DNA of 63,633 nt, filler included, from Octopus bimaculoides (GCF_001194135.2; 5 parts of 5 records of this genome joined end to end with filler, not necessarily neighbours in it), one strand, 5' to 3'. Positions 33,986-47,924 are shown, numbered from the whole stretch's first letter. A program made the numbers and translations. Notes: generated from the sequence alone by a model not told the origin.

Positions 33986-34699
33986 TTGTTGCTGTTGTGT
34001 TTGTTGTAATTATAATGTCTAATTTCATGTTTCCATGTATGGCCAATATCTTTTCATTTCTGGATCATTCATGAACGACTGTGTTCGAGTTTATGCTCTC
34101 TTATTTTAGAATTTTTTTAATGTTCTGTTATGTTTTTATCTATTACTTTGGAATGGTTATTTTTCTTAAATACATATTTGAGGTTTCCTGATTTTCACAG
34201 TCTTATTTTAAAAAACTAAATTTACAGATCAAACTTAAATTGAAAAATACTAGAAAATGATAATTGCATACACTATGAAATATCACACCAGAACAGAAAA
34301 TTAATTATGGAAACTATACAAATAACGGAAGATAAAGCCGAAATAAACACACAAGCAAGCAATACACGCGGCAAAACATTAATTCGTGCCACTTGACATA
34401 AAAAACTTAATTGTGAAATATTTAACCACAAAAATCAAATCAACACGTAACTACTAACGTTTGAGGTAAACGGTCAACAAATTTTCAGTATGAAAATCTA
34501 TATTAATTGGGGCAGTCTATAAGAAAGAATAAAGATATGTTCAGTTCTTAGAAACATCACGTGCTTGATGAAAACATCTGAAAACGGTAAGTACAAATTT
34601 AGGAATTTCATTGTTCCAGACTCGCATTGAAAAGACTAATACGCAACTAAGAAAGATCTAAAATTATATACATCTACATGTGTGTGTATGTGTGCGATT

Positions 34700-35390
34700 G
34701 TCTGTGTGTGTGTGAGTGCTTGCGTGCGTGTATGTGTGCGTGTGTGNNNNNNNNNNGTGTGCGTGTGTGGTCGTCTCTGTGTGTGTGAGAGTGCTTGCGT
34801 GCGTGTATGTGTGCGTGTGTGCTCGTGTCTGTGTGTGTGTGTGAGTGTTTGCGTGCGTGTATGTGTGCGTGTGTGGTCGTCTCTGTGTGTGTGAGAGTGC
34901 TTGCGTGCGTGTATGTGTGCGTGTGTGCTCGTGTCTGTGTGTGTGTGNNNNNNNNNNNNNNNNNNNNNNNNNNNNNNNNNNNNNNNNNNNNNNNNNNNNN
35001 NNNNNNNNNNNNNNNNNNNNNNNNNNNNNNNNNNNNNNNNNNNNNNNNNNNNNNNNNNNNNNNNNNNNNNNNNNNNNNNNNNNNNNNNNNNNNNNNNNNN
35101 NNNNNNNNNNNNNNNNNNNNNNNNNNNNNNNNNNNNNNNNNNNNNNNNNNNNNNNNNNNNNNNNNNNNNNNNNNNNNNNNNNNNNNGTGTTTGCGTGCGT
35201 GTATGTGTGCGTGTGTGCTCGTGTCTGTGTGTGCGTGAGTGTTTGCGTGCGTGTATGTGTGCGTGTGTGCTCGTGTCTGTGTGTGTGTGAGTGCTTGCGT
35301 GCGTGTATGTGTGCGTGTGTGCTCGTGTCTGTGCGTGCGTGAGTGTTTGCGTGCGTGTATGTGTGCGTGTGTGTGTGTGTGTGTGAGGGT
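34700..35390. repeat. Minisatellite of about 52 bp derived from (GT)n
   Basis: Unit gagtg(c/t)ttgcgtgcgtgtatgtgtgcgtgtgtg(c/g)tcgt(g/c)tctgtgtgtgtgt repeated, spanning two N-gaps. Confidence 0.9.
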
Positions 35391-36439
35391 ATGTTGCCTA
35401 GCAGTTACGGCGTTACGCTAACGATCGCCAGACTGTGTGTTCGATCCCCAGACCGGGCGGCGCGTTCTGTTCTTGAGCAAAACATTCCATTTCACGTCGC
35501 TCCAGTCGACTCAGCTGTGAATGGGATCGCTCTACAATCGACTACCTATCTGAAATGATTGAATGTTGGGCTGCTCACCTAACCAGCAGATTTGCAAGAT
35601 AGGAAAGCAAAAAAAAAAAATACAGATATAAATTACTTTGTGACCAGTGACGTAGTCTGGTGAAATATGTGAGATTTATGTGTGCGTGCGCGTGCGTGCG
35701 TATTTATTTTAGTGTCTAGATGGGTCAACATGCCAAGAATATTAACGCACACACTTGTTCAATTCCACTAATTCATTATTTATTAGTCAATATTCAACTA
35801 ACTAATCGATTGTTTATTTAACGAGGTTAAACTGCATGTCGTTTGTATTGTTTTTATTTGTTTTTCTGTCAAAGATATTTGGTTGCTATTTGTAACCTTT
35901 TCAATGACATTTTTCTTAGTCCATTACGGTTGCCCTCCGTAAGCGAGTAAGAAGAATGTCATTGAAATGGCTGTAAACAGCAACGAAAGGGCTTTGACAA
36001 AAGAAAAACAAAGCAGAAGCCAATCAAAAGACGTATTGCTTCATCAAGTGAAGGATATTTAACCAATTGCCTAACAACAAAGAAGTGGAATTGAACCACT
36101 GTGTGTGTTCATGTATGAGCATAATGACTCTCCTAGACACAAGAAAATTTGTTTCGGTGTATGATTTCACACAAAGAATCTTACAAACAATATTTGAAAA
36201 TGAAGTACATCTCCATTCGTGCATCTTACTAAATGTAAAGTGCTTATATATATATATATATATACATCAAATAGCACATACATAATGGGTTGTTAGAAAA
36301 TATATCTCAACAATTCCATTCACTTTAATACTTTTTGATCTAAATGTTTCAGAAATCAGTCGATTCACCTACTTGTTCTACTGACATGCCCATCATTTGA
36401 AGTTAACATTTGTAGGTCTTGCATCAGAGAATTCATCGA

Positions 36440-36975
36440 GGAATGTTTTCAACACGACGTTGTAGTTGAACAAAATCACTCGTAGACTGTTGAAGACCTA
36501 CTAAAAAAGGTATCGAACGGAAGGTCTGATATAAGAATTCGTGGAGTACATGAAAAGTGGTTTGCGCAGACCGTCGTGCGTGCGATCGATCGATTGAAAT
36601 TGAGCATACCGGTTTGAACGCGGAAAATCTTTGACGTCCAACGTCTCCTCATTGAAGTGCAAAACCAAGTAGGTAAAAATAGTGTCAAATAGTGTCAATT
36701 ATTGCTGGGTCTTTAGGGAAAGTGCCAGAAAGCATCAAGAGAAATATACAGTAATTTTTTGGGAATGGAGCACCCAATAGAATCTTTACAAAAGTTTTAC
36801 CTCTTTTGTACGAGCAGAATCATCAAATTACCTCAGCACTTGCCCCTTCTCCGAGCACGGTTCAAATGTCTCTAAAGTCTTTGGCAGATTTAGAACCTTG
36901 TGTGACAGGGAAGAGTAGCAGGTGTCGAAAGTGATACTGTTTTTCTACTTGAGACTCCATCGTCATATGGATAAG
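36440..36975 (-). pseudogene. Mariner (Mos1/Hsmar-like) transposase N-terminal remnant
   Basis: Minus strand MESQVEKQYHFRHLLLFPVTQGSKSAKDFRDI*TVLGEG, then WF..FNEETLDVKDFPRSNR: resembles mariner HTH region (HFRH.LLF.F..G..A..A.R.I...YGE; WF.RF..G.FDL.D.PRSGRP). Confidence 0.7.
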
Positions 36976-38999
36976 AAGAGATAAAATGCATGTACATTCA
37001 ATCCCTACCTCGGCCTGATAGAATAAATCATTCCAGTAATATACTGGTACCCTCGCAAAAGATTGTATCTTACAAATTTTTCCATTTGGATTTCTGCCAA
37101 AAGTAATAAACTTTCTTTTAAACATTCGTCTAACCTGTAGTTATTTGTAGCTTTTCGAAAAGCATGCCAATTTAATTATAATTTTGTTGCCAAAATCTAT
37201 TTTTCAATCAGCTCTTATTTTTCTTCGTTTGTATTATTAATCATTTCCATACCTGTTGTTCTGTTCTGTTCTGATCTGTCTCTCTCTCGCGTTTTATTTC
37301 TCTACGAATATTTTCGTTCCTGATTCTTTTAATACCCCATTTACTTCAAACTTCTAATTTTCCTCATTTTTTTTCTTTTATTGAATTCTCATATTTTCGT
37401 GTCTTACTTTTTTCCAAATATATATCAAGAATTTACGTATTTCTATTTTTTCCATTGCAGGAAGTTATCTGCAGGATATGCACAGAGTGCCAGAATGTTC
37501 CTAGTTCGGTATAGCAATCATAGTATTTATTCAAGTTTGATGGAAAAATAATTATGATAACAAGCATTTCTTACATTGGCACAAGCACAGACATGTTGTG
37601 GAATAATAACTGTTTCTTACTCAGGCACAAAGCCAGCAGTTTTGGCAGTGGGATTAGTCTATTATATCGACCAGAGTACTTTGTATTTTATGTGAACGAC
37701 CCTCGATAAGTGAAATTTAATGCAGACGTTAGCGTAATTTGGGCACAAAACATACGTGGTTAAAACAAATATCGTGACACATTTCATCAAACTCTTTGTT
37801 TATTGTCGATCCTACCAGTCCCTCTCCATGATGAAACAGCAGCAATAACAACAATACTGTACAGCAGAACAAATGTGTAAGGAGGCTGCATGGAAAGAAA
37901 GAATAAGCTTCATACCGAAAGAGAACATGAAAGGAAACACTGACGACAAATTACATGTCTACCAAATTTGTGAAACCACCTAATATGATAAGCGATATAG
38001 CAGGTATAACAGCAGTGGAGGTATACTAACATCTATATGTGAAACACAATATCTGATAAACAGAAAGGTTGCTGAATAACCGGCATGCAAGTGTAAACCA
38101 ATGAATGATCAACAAGTTAGTTTTCTAGATTAGCAGACTTATCAATATATACACCCTATAGATCGATTATAAAAAATTCAGAGTTGCAACTGCTTTCTTA
38201 TTAAATATAAATACTTTTCTAAGTCTTTGAGAATGATTCTATTCGTATAGTTGTTTTATTTTGTTTTGGCTGTTATTATTTTCCCTAATTCTATTATTTG
38301 CCGTATCTAACGAAACTACATATGAATACTCGGTTCAAAGTTTTGCACCAAATTTTGCACAAGGCCTGTGTTTAACGGGTACTTAGTTTACTGATCCCGA
38401 ACGGATGAATCGCAAAGCCGATCTCCAGTGAATTTGAACTCAGTACGTAAGAAAGAACGAAATGCCGCTACGCATTTTGTCCGGCGTGCTAACGGTTTTG
38501 TAAGCTCATCGACCTAATTTGGCGATGAGTATAAATTTGAAAGGCAAAGCCAACATCGGTGGAATTAGAACTCAGAACATAAGGACGGACGGCTAAGCAT
38601 CCTGCTAGACATGCTAACGATTCTGCCAGCTCGTCACCTTCTTTATCGATTGATATTGATAACGGTTTTCCAAAAGATGTCTTTATTTTATATTTTCCTA
38701 ATTCAAAATGTGTGCGTTCTAGGTTGTCTCTTATTTTCGTTACTGGGCATTGATGGTGTAATTTTTAGAGGATTGTTGGTTCAATTTCTTACGAATAATT
38801 ATATTTACGAACTTGACAAGACCAAAAAAGAAACAGACAACATTTCTAAAGAACGATCATTACTCTTTGACAGATAATGTTTCAGAAACCTTGCAGTTAA
38901 CTAGTTCTTTGATTATGAAAATGTTCAAATTATAAATACACCTGGTACATATCTCACCTTGGAGGGTGCAAAGAATACGTGTTACAGTATGCTGCTAAT

Positions 39000-39615
39000 G
39001 AAGAAGTTTTAAAAATGAACTTGAGAGTGTTCATGCATTCTGAACAAGAACGGCCAACGAGTGAGAAGAATCCCTAATCCATATGAAATTATATGGTTTG
39101 TTCCACGGTGAAACCAACAAGTTAGAAGACCAGGAAGCGTCATAGAGGTGGCTCAACAAGTGTGACCTACTAAAGAATTCTGAAAACCTAATCAGGATAA
39201 AGTATTGAATACCAACTCAGTCAAAAAGAATATATACCACTCAAGTGCGGAACTCTGCAGAATGTGTGGGAAGAGTCGAAAGTGTGATTCACATTGTTAG
39301 TGCTTGTGAAGGTCTTGCGCAAAAAGTGTACAAACGTAGAAATGAAAATGTAGTCCAAAAGCTCCACTGGCTACTATGCTGTAAGTATGGATATAAGGTT
39401 ACTGGTGCTTGGTACACAAATAGACTGGAAAAGTTTATGGACGGAAAGGGGAAAGCAAACATCATCTAGGACTTCGATTTCCAGACAGACAAAGTGTTCT
39501 AGCACCGAAGGCCGGACATAGTAACTTTTAGGAGGGACAAACAAGAGTGCCTAATAATCGATGTAGTAGTGCCAGGAGATCAACATATCATCGTAAAAGA
39601 AAGAGAAAAAGTAAC
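39000..39615 (+). mobile_element. R4/Dong/NeSL-like non-LTR retrotransposon C-terminus: CCHC knuckle and restriction-like endonuclease
   Basis: Frameshifted LCRMCG..ESVIHIVSACEGLAQK.YKRR...V.QKLHW, then DFDFQTDKV..HRRPDIV....KQECLIIDV.VPGD (PD..D/ExK motif). Confidence 0.88.
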
Positions 39616-42026
39616 CGACTGGTACTCATTTTATCGAACTCAAAATTGAAAAAAAAAAAAAAGGCAATCTTCCATGGCGGAATTTGAACTGAGAACGAGA
39701 AAACGGTCGAAATGCAATTCAGCATTTTGTCTCGTTCGAATATGAATAATGATGGTATTGAACATGACAATGATGATGAAGATGATGAGGATTATCATAA
39801 TTTTGAAGATGATGATGATGATGGTTGTTTTTTATGTAAGCGCAAGGCCCAAAATTTGAGAATTAGAATAACAAGTTTTACGACTTAGAACATTATATTT
39901 TCGGAAAAGTGATGCTGAACTCGATGGGGTTGGAATACATGTTTTGAAGTGGAGGGCAGAATTTCTTGAGGCATTTTGTCGACGTTCTAACGATTCTTCT
40001 AATTCACCATTCATATTGTTCTAGAGACATTTCCTGGTCCCTCAACAACCATCCCTATTGATACTGAAGTAAATTATGTTTGTATGAAATGCTAGAATGT
40101 TAACAGTATTCTTCAGGGATTGTGTGAGCATTGTATTACCGGAATGTTGATCTGTCGAGTAAATTGTAGGAATTGATGAAATCACTAAATTTTCAGTTTG
40201 TATTCAATGACTTTCGCAACATCCAGTCTCCTATAACTGCTTTACATGCACTGACCCAGTATTTGCCTGACTTTCTTAAGGAGGTTTCCAACAATTACCT
40301 TTACGATTTCAAAAAAACACAGTAAAAAATGAAAAATAGGGATAACTATTGGAAAACATAGATAAATATATACAGTTTTATTAGGAAAATAATATCCCCT
40401 CCATATAGGTTCCACTGGTTGAACGCAAGTTGACTGATAAATGTCAAATCTAGTAGATACAATGAATTGTGAAAATTGAAAAGATAATTTATGAACGCTG
40501 TATTATCAAAACGAAAACGACGAGATGTGCATTTGATACAAGAAGGATATAATCTCACTATATTAACGACCAGAGCAATTACGCAAAAGAATTATATCTT
40601 TATTTACATAGCCAAGAGATCAGAGCCAAAGGAGATTCAGTTTTTTCATTTGTTACATACAGTTTATATTATATAAGTATTCTATCTCATTCAATATATA
40701 TTGTACACTGATGCACACTATCACACAAGCACTCACGCACACACATTTTTATCATAGATAAACGTGTATTCGCATGCACATGCGTGAGCGTGACCACTCT
40801 ATCATGTGCAGATTACCTTATGTCCTGGTACATGAGCAAGTGCACGTAATTGCATCCAACACACACACACATTCATATGTATATATGTGTGTGTTTATAT
40901 ATATGGTATACATATATATACATGCATATATACATTTATATATATATATACACATTACATATATATAATGTATATGTATACATATATACATTTATATATA
41001 TATATACACATTACATATATATANNNNNNNNNNNNNNNNNNNNNNNNNNNNNNNNNNNNNNNNNNNNNNNNNNNNNNNNNNNNNNNNNNNNNNNNNNNNN
41101 NNNNNNNNNNNNNNNNNNNNNNNNNNNNNNNNNNNNNNNNNNNNNNNNNNNNNNNNNNNNNNNNNNNNNNNNNNNNNNNNNNNNNNNNNNNNNNNNNNNN
41201 NNNNNNNNNNNNNNNNNNNNNNNNNNNNNNNNNNNNNNNNNNNNNNNNNNNNNNNNNNNNNNNNNNNNNNNNNNNNNNNNNNNNNNNNNNNNNNNNNNNN
41301 NNNNNNNNNNNNNNNNNNNNNNNNNNNNNNNNNNNNNNNNNNNNNNNNATATATATATATATATGAAGAGATAGAAAAATATAGAGATAGATACCCACAC
41401 ATTCCAGCGCACAAAGATGATCACATGAACACACACACACACATACAAATGCATATATGCTTGAATGAATAGATGCGAACATGTAAGCATGCAACATATG
41501 TGAGTACATATGCATATCTCTTCAATCGTCCGCAAATGAAGTATAAATATTTGAGATAGTTGATCATGCTCGTCTCTGCGCACATGCACACCGCAATATT
41601 TACGCATAGGCATGTTTAAGATGATAAAATAGCAACAATTAGTGTGGTTACATTTTAGGATTCCGCTCATTCAATCTCTCAATAGACCATTTACCTAACT
41701 TTAGTAAATGCCAAATATTAACCAAATAGCGCAACTATTTTCGCGAAGTGGACAAAGGCGATTAGCGTTATATGAATGCACTCCATTAAGAAATGAGAAT
41801 CCGACATAAAATTCGTAAAATGAAGCATGGTCCTCACAACTCTGCTTTGGCCTGCATTGTAACTAAGTAATTCATGTCACATTATGGAAAACTAGCCTTT
41901 TCGTTCGAGAGAGAAAACTGTTATGAAATACAAAATAATGAGACACTGACCTAGCATATAATATGCTTGAATACATACTGAATGCACATATTCATATAAA
42001 CAGACGGACACACACACATACAGACA

Positions 42027-42091
<65 letters not shown>

Positions 42092-43061
42092 NNNNNNNNN
42101 NNNNNNNNNNNNNNNNNNNNNNNNNNNNNNNNNNNNNNNNNNNNNNNNNNNNNNNNNNNNNNNNNNNNNNNNNNNNNNNNNNNNNNNNNNNNNNNNNNNN
42201 NNNNNNNNNNNNNNNNNNNNNNNNNNNNNNNNNNNNNNNNNNNNNNNNNNNNNNNNNNNNNNNNNNNNNNNNNNNNNNNNNNNNNNNNNNNNNNNNNNNN
42301 NNNNNNNNNNNNNNNNNNNNNNNNNNNNNNNNNNNNNNNNNNNNNNNNNNNNNNNNNNNNNNNNNNNNNNNNNNNNNNNNNNNNNNNNNNNNNNNNNNNN
42401 NNNNNNNNNNNNNNNNNNNNNNNNNNNNNNNNNNNNNNNNNNNNNNNNNNNNNNNNNNNNNNNNNNNNNNNNNNNNNNNNNNNNNNNNNNNNNNNNNNNN
42501 NNNNNNNNNNNNNNNNNNNNNNNNNNNNNNNNNNNNNNNNNNNNNNNNNNNNNNNNNNNNNNNNNNNNNNNNNNNNNNNNNNNNNNNNNNNNNNNNNNNN
42601 NNNNNNNNNNNNNNNNNNNNNNNNNNNNNNNNNNNNNNNNNNNNNNNNNNNNNNNNNNNNNCTATGCATTTCGAGTAGGACATAATTGGCTACTCAGAAT
42701 TTGCAACCATCTTCGATATTCATACAGTGTTAAAAGGTGATCCATATCATTTAACTATTTAACTGCGGACTGTATCGCAGTGCCATGGCTGTATGCAGAA
42801 ACTTACACACACACATATACATGTATGCATACATATATAGACACACACACACACACACATACACACACACACATAGACGCACGCACACATACACACATAC
42901 ACATAAAGTGAATGCGAATATTCTGAATGCATATAATACAAGCTTTTCAGATCCTTAAACATACATACATACATGCATACATACATACATATAGACGAAC
43001 GGACAGTCATACAGACATACATACAGACAGACAGACAGACGGACGGGCGGACGGACGGACG

Positions 43062-43096
<35 letters not shown>

Positions 43097-43139
43097 GGAC
43101 AGGCGGACGGATGGACGGACAGACAGACAGACGGACAGT

Positions 43140-43201
<62 letters not shown>

Positions 43202-44892
43202 TAACAACATGAACAAGAATGAAGAAAATCATATCTTTAGTTGATGATTACACCATATATAACCGGGGATCGGTTCTATTGTGCCAGCATTTTTAGATAC
43301 AGAAAACAGGTACAAATCAATATAGGAATTGTTATCTGATATAATGTTATCATGGTAATCCAAAGAGGCTAAATTCAAAGTGAACTAAGATAATTTCTAG
43401 AACACAATGAACGCGTACACAATGAACTTTAAGAATAACACACACAATGGGCATTAAGAAGAAATTTAATATCCTATGAAAATCTCGCTTGTGTTTAACT
43501 TACGATTAGTTCAGTAGATAAGGAAAAATAAAAACTAAACAGAAATTCTACGTCACAAACATTTACTCATCTAGTAAATATATTTTAGGGACAGAGGCAG
43601 TATTAATACTGTGAGGTAATATTAATTCATACTAAAACGCAAATGTTCATTTAGGACATCTGCGGTAGATGTCATGAGAGAAACCCGTGCATAGACTCAT
43701 GCTGCAAAATGCGAGCTTACTTGTATATGTCTGCAGCGGGGAGATAAATCCCCCAAAACTCCAGCTGCGATACCACCAGATAACGTGAATTCGATATTCC
43801 TTGATTTCATTGATGACGAACGTAAGAGACAACAGGGTCTCATCTCCCCGCTAGAGATATATAGACAATCAAAGCCAGAATAGTGACTCGTGTCGTGAAT
43901 AACCAGTTAACTTTTAAAGCGTTATTTAGTATTGGAATATTTAAATGTTTTCTATATTTATGGGAACATTTTAATGTAAGACTTTTCCCACGATTCAATA
44001 ATTCTAACTTTTATGTAATCATATAATACATTTCGTCTCGGCAAAAATGAGATTTAAAATTGCCAGTATTGTACGATGGAGCGTAACAAATAATGGATCA
44101 CATCATATCATAGTTACTATCCCTGCCCTTGAAATCCTTTTTACAAATGTTTATTTATATATGTTCATACATACCGCTTAATTTAGTATATGTTTTATAT
44201 GAATGTATTTATATATGCCGACGTGCGTGTGTGTAAGCTAACGAAAGTGGTACTCCTCCAATAGTTAGGTCTCTGATTTTCATGTTCCATTTCCTCTAGA
44301 TCACTCTCATTCCCTGCCACCGAATATAGACTTTAATAGCCCGGGAGTGAATGTTTTCTTTGATATACAAAAGTTAGACGAATTCTAATACTTCTAGACA
44401 CTGACAGAAATGTAAATGAAACTAGAAGGGATAACAGAAGAATGAAATAAAACAAGAACTGTCACCTACATTGATATCAGTCTGATTCGTTCTGAGAGGG
44501 GGTGGATATACAGTAAAAAGTATCTAAGTATCGATAAGAGAGTATAGTAGTTCGCTTGAAACATTGTGTATTGTTTGTAAAGAATAAAAAGTTTTGAATG
44601 CACTATAATAAAAAATGGATTATATAATTGTTGTAACAGCCAAGTATACATCGGAAGATCGCTTTTCTGTAATTTACCAGCATATTAAGGAGCGGGATTT
44701 ATAGTGGATAGATAATAAAAGAAAAATAAAACCGTCAAGTGAGAAATATCAACGAGTAGACTATTCAGATGGAAACTCACACGCACACAAACACACGCAC
44801 ACAGAGCCCCGCCACACACGGATAAGGAATAAGTAAACATATGTATGTATTGTATAAATATATATGTATGTGTCTATATATATATATCTACC

Positions 44893-44952
<60 letters not shown>

Positions 44953-45278
44953 AGACAGGAGAGAGACAGCGAGAGAGAAAAGATAGATAGATATACATCA
45001 TTTAATCTTCTTTAGTCGTTGGAATGTGGCAATAGTGGGATACAGCCTAATAGGGTTTACTCGAACAAATCAAACCCAGTACATATTTTTTAAAGCCTTG
45101 TCTTATTCTATCGGTTATTATACATTTTTATTTCATGAATTATTTCTTGTGAATTTAATAGAATGTTGTACGTATATGTCTACATCTATATATGTATGCA
45201 TACGTTGTATACTTATATACATACGTATACATATACTCTCACCTTTGTATATGATCATTCACATGCATACACACACAC

Positions 45279-45314
<36 letters not shown>

Positions 45315-45316
<2 letters not shown>

Positions 45317-45530
45317 CTTTTTTTTATTAGCCACACAGGGCTGCACACAGAGGGGACAAATACAACTGTAGAGCTTTTCTTAAAAAAAAAAAATCCGATC
45401 AAAAGGGATCGGTAGGGGCAAAAAAAGGTGGGGGGGTATCGTATATCACAGAAAATGTCAATTGTGTAAAATGGGGTAACATTAGGTTTATCCATGGAGA
45501 GACAAGCCTACGGAAAAGACCATGGTAACA
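45315..45530 (-). mobile_element. Probable LINE 3' UTR fragment (Tx1-like) ending at a (GATA)n tract
   Basis: Minus strand ends tttgtcccctctgtgtgcagccctgtgtggctaataaaaaaa, similar to the SINE family 4 tail and loosely to the 52790-52830 end. Confidence 0.5.
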
Positions 45531-45767
45531 TCAGCAGGGAATAGACACATGAGAGCGAAGTGCTCTCTCTCTCTCTCATTTTTTTTTCTCGATTTATAGG
45601 ATCATACTCAAAGAGGTATCGTCNNNNNNNNNNNNNNNNNNNNNNNNNNNNNNNNNNNNNNNNNNNNTTAATTAATTAANNNNNNNNNNNNNNNNNNNNN
45701 NNNNNNNNNNNNNNNNNNNNNNNTTCTTCTTCTTCTTCTTCTTCTTCTTCTTCTTCTTCTTCTTCTT

Positions 45768-45830
<63 letters not shown>

Positions 45831-46288
45831 TGTTAGGTAGCATGATTTCTTGTTTGTATTTGTCAGCTTCCTTAAATACTGAAAACAGTTTTTTTGTTTT
45901 GCTTGTGTTTTGTGGCTATTTATATTAGTTTTCCTTTCTTCTGAAGTAGGTATTTTTGCAGTCCTATGGTGGTTAGTTTATAATAGTTTTCCAGCTGTAT
46001 AAGGCCTCTACCACCTTCTGTACGTTGTATATATAGCCTTTCTATGTCAGATTTTGGGTGGTGAATCCTAGATCCTGTCATTATTTTTCTTGTTTTCCTG
46101 TCTATTTTGGTTAGTTTATTTAGTGTCCAGTTAAGGATATTGTAGCTGTAACTTATAACTGGGATGTCTAGAGTGTTAACATCTATTATCTTGTTTTTAG
46201 CATTGAGCTCTGTTTTCAGTATTGATCTAACTCGTCTATAGTATTCCTTATTTTCTCTTTCATTTGTGTGTGTTCTATCCTATCCAGT

Positions 46289-46290
<2 letters not shown>
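45831..46290 (-). mobile_element. R4/Dong-like reverse transcriptase thumb fragment within (ATT)n
   Basis: Minus strand EYYRRVRSILKTELNAKNKIIDVNTLDIPVISYSYNILNWTLNKLTKIDRKTRKIMTGSRIHHPKSDIERLYIQRTEGGRGLIQLE; HPKxDxxRLYxxRxxGGRGL is typical of RLE-type LINEs. Confidence 0.88.
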
Positions 46291-46334
<44 letters not shown>

Positions 46335-46335
<1 letters not shown>

Positions 46336-46560
46336 AAGGTGGGGGCAGTGAGCTAGCAGAGAATAGTTAGCATGTTGGATAAAAAGCTTAACAGCATATC
46401 TTTTGGCTTTTACATTCTGAGTTCATATCTCCACAAGGTTAACTTTGCCTTTCGTCCTTTCAAGGTTGATAAAATAAAGTATCAGTGAAGTACGAGGGTC
46501 AATGTAAGCGACTAGACCCCTCTCCACAAAATTTCAAGCCTTCTGCTGATAGTAACAAGC
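46335..46560 (+). mobile_element. SINE family 4 copy, diverged
   Basis: gtgagctagcagag...ttctgagttcatat...aactttgcctttcgtcctttc...gataaaataaagtatcag. Confidence 0.65.
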
Positions 46561-47801
46561 AAGCAAACGAGTAGTCAAGCAAGGAAGGAAGAAAGAAAGA
46601 AAGAAAGAAAGAAAGGAAGGTAGATAGAAAGAAAGAGGGAAACAAAGGAAGGAAGAAAGAAAGAAATGAAGAAAGAAAGAAAGAAATTATTATTTAATAA
46701 GGCACTGAAGTGGTAGGTATTTCTTCTGGTTCATTACGTTCTGAGTTCAAATCTCGCCTACTTCAACTTTGCCTTTCAACTCTCTCGGAATTGATAAAAT
46801 AAAGTACCAATCAAATACTGGGATCCATGGAATTGACTTCCTTCCGTTTCTTGAAATTGTTAGCTTTGTGCCAAAATGTGAAACAATTATAATATGTTAT
46901 TAAAAACAAAAGGTGTAGAAAGCAGTAGTTAGCTATTAATGTTGTTTCATCCCCAAGTGAGCAGATGTGACACTCCTATATTTTAATATATCAATGACTA
47001 CGTTTGTTCAATGTCCCCTTTATCAGTAGCGTATGCGCTTTGAGACCGATTTGAGTGATATTTATATTAAGTCGAGCGTATGCGTGGAGACTCTTTTTGT
47101 TAATTCGGATACGCTCACTGCACACAAGGATAACGCCGTACTAAATACTCCAAAACAGACAGGATGGTCACAGCTGGAATGCTTCAACAACTGGGTTTTT
47201 TCTCTCCCCCTATTTGCTACACGTAAAAAAAAAAAAAATCCACATTTTCCTTAAACAATGAAACTGAGTAATATAATAAACCTCCACTCGCTTTTAGAGA
47301 ACATGTTTATCAATAAATAATACAGCATACAGCTAGCTTTTTCGAATATTTCTATAATTCTGTTTGTAGGCGAGAGTATCTTTAACAAACAAAAGTACTG
47401 TCTCCTCTATTTATTTTCTGGGTATACAATTCTAGAAATTAGCTGGAAGGTGATTGACGTGGGACTTACGAGAGAAGAAGCTAAATCGCGTCAAATGTGC
47501 GTATTCTTGAGGTGGAAAGAATAATACAAAGAAACAGAAAGTAGAAAAAGAAGTCAAAAAATAAATAAATAAAGAGAAAATAGGTAAACGTTATGTTGTA
47601 TACCTCGTGGTAATTTAGCAACCTTTGTTGACGATTAAATCAAAACATGAGAAAACAAACTACAAATAAAAACGTAGAGGACAAACAATTAACAAGAAAT
47701 ACAAAATAAATACTTGAGGATTTCACATTTTTTTTCGCTATCATAGCCTTGCTGTATGTAGTATGATTGTAAAACACGCACACACACACACGTATATACA
47801 T

Positions 47802-47924
<123 letters not shown>

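Noticed and set aside
36416-36670. + strand pseudo-exon (tgtag|...ag|gtaaaa) with a protein-like frame
   Set aside because: Two in-frame stops, and the minus strand is explained as a mariner transposase remnant.
37461-37508. Strong-looking + acceptor ttccattgcag with short exon
   Set aside because: Weak donor, no partner exons and no recognisable peptide.
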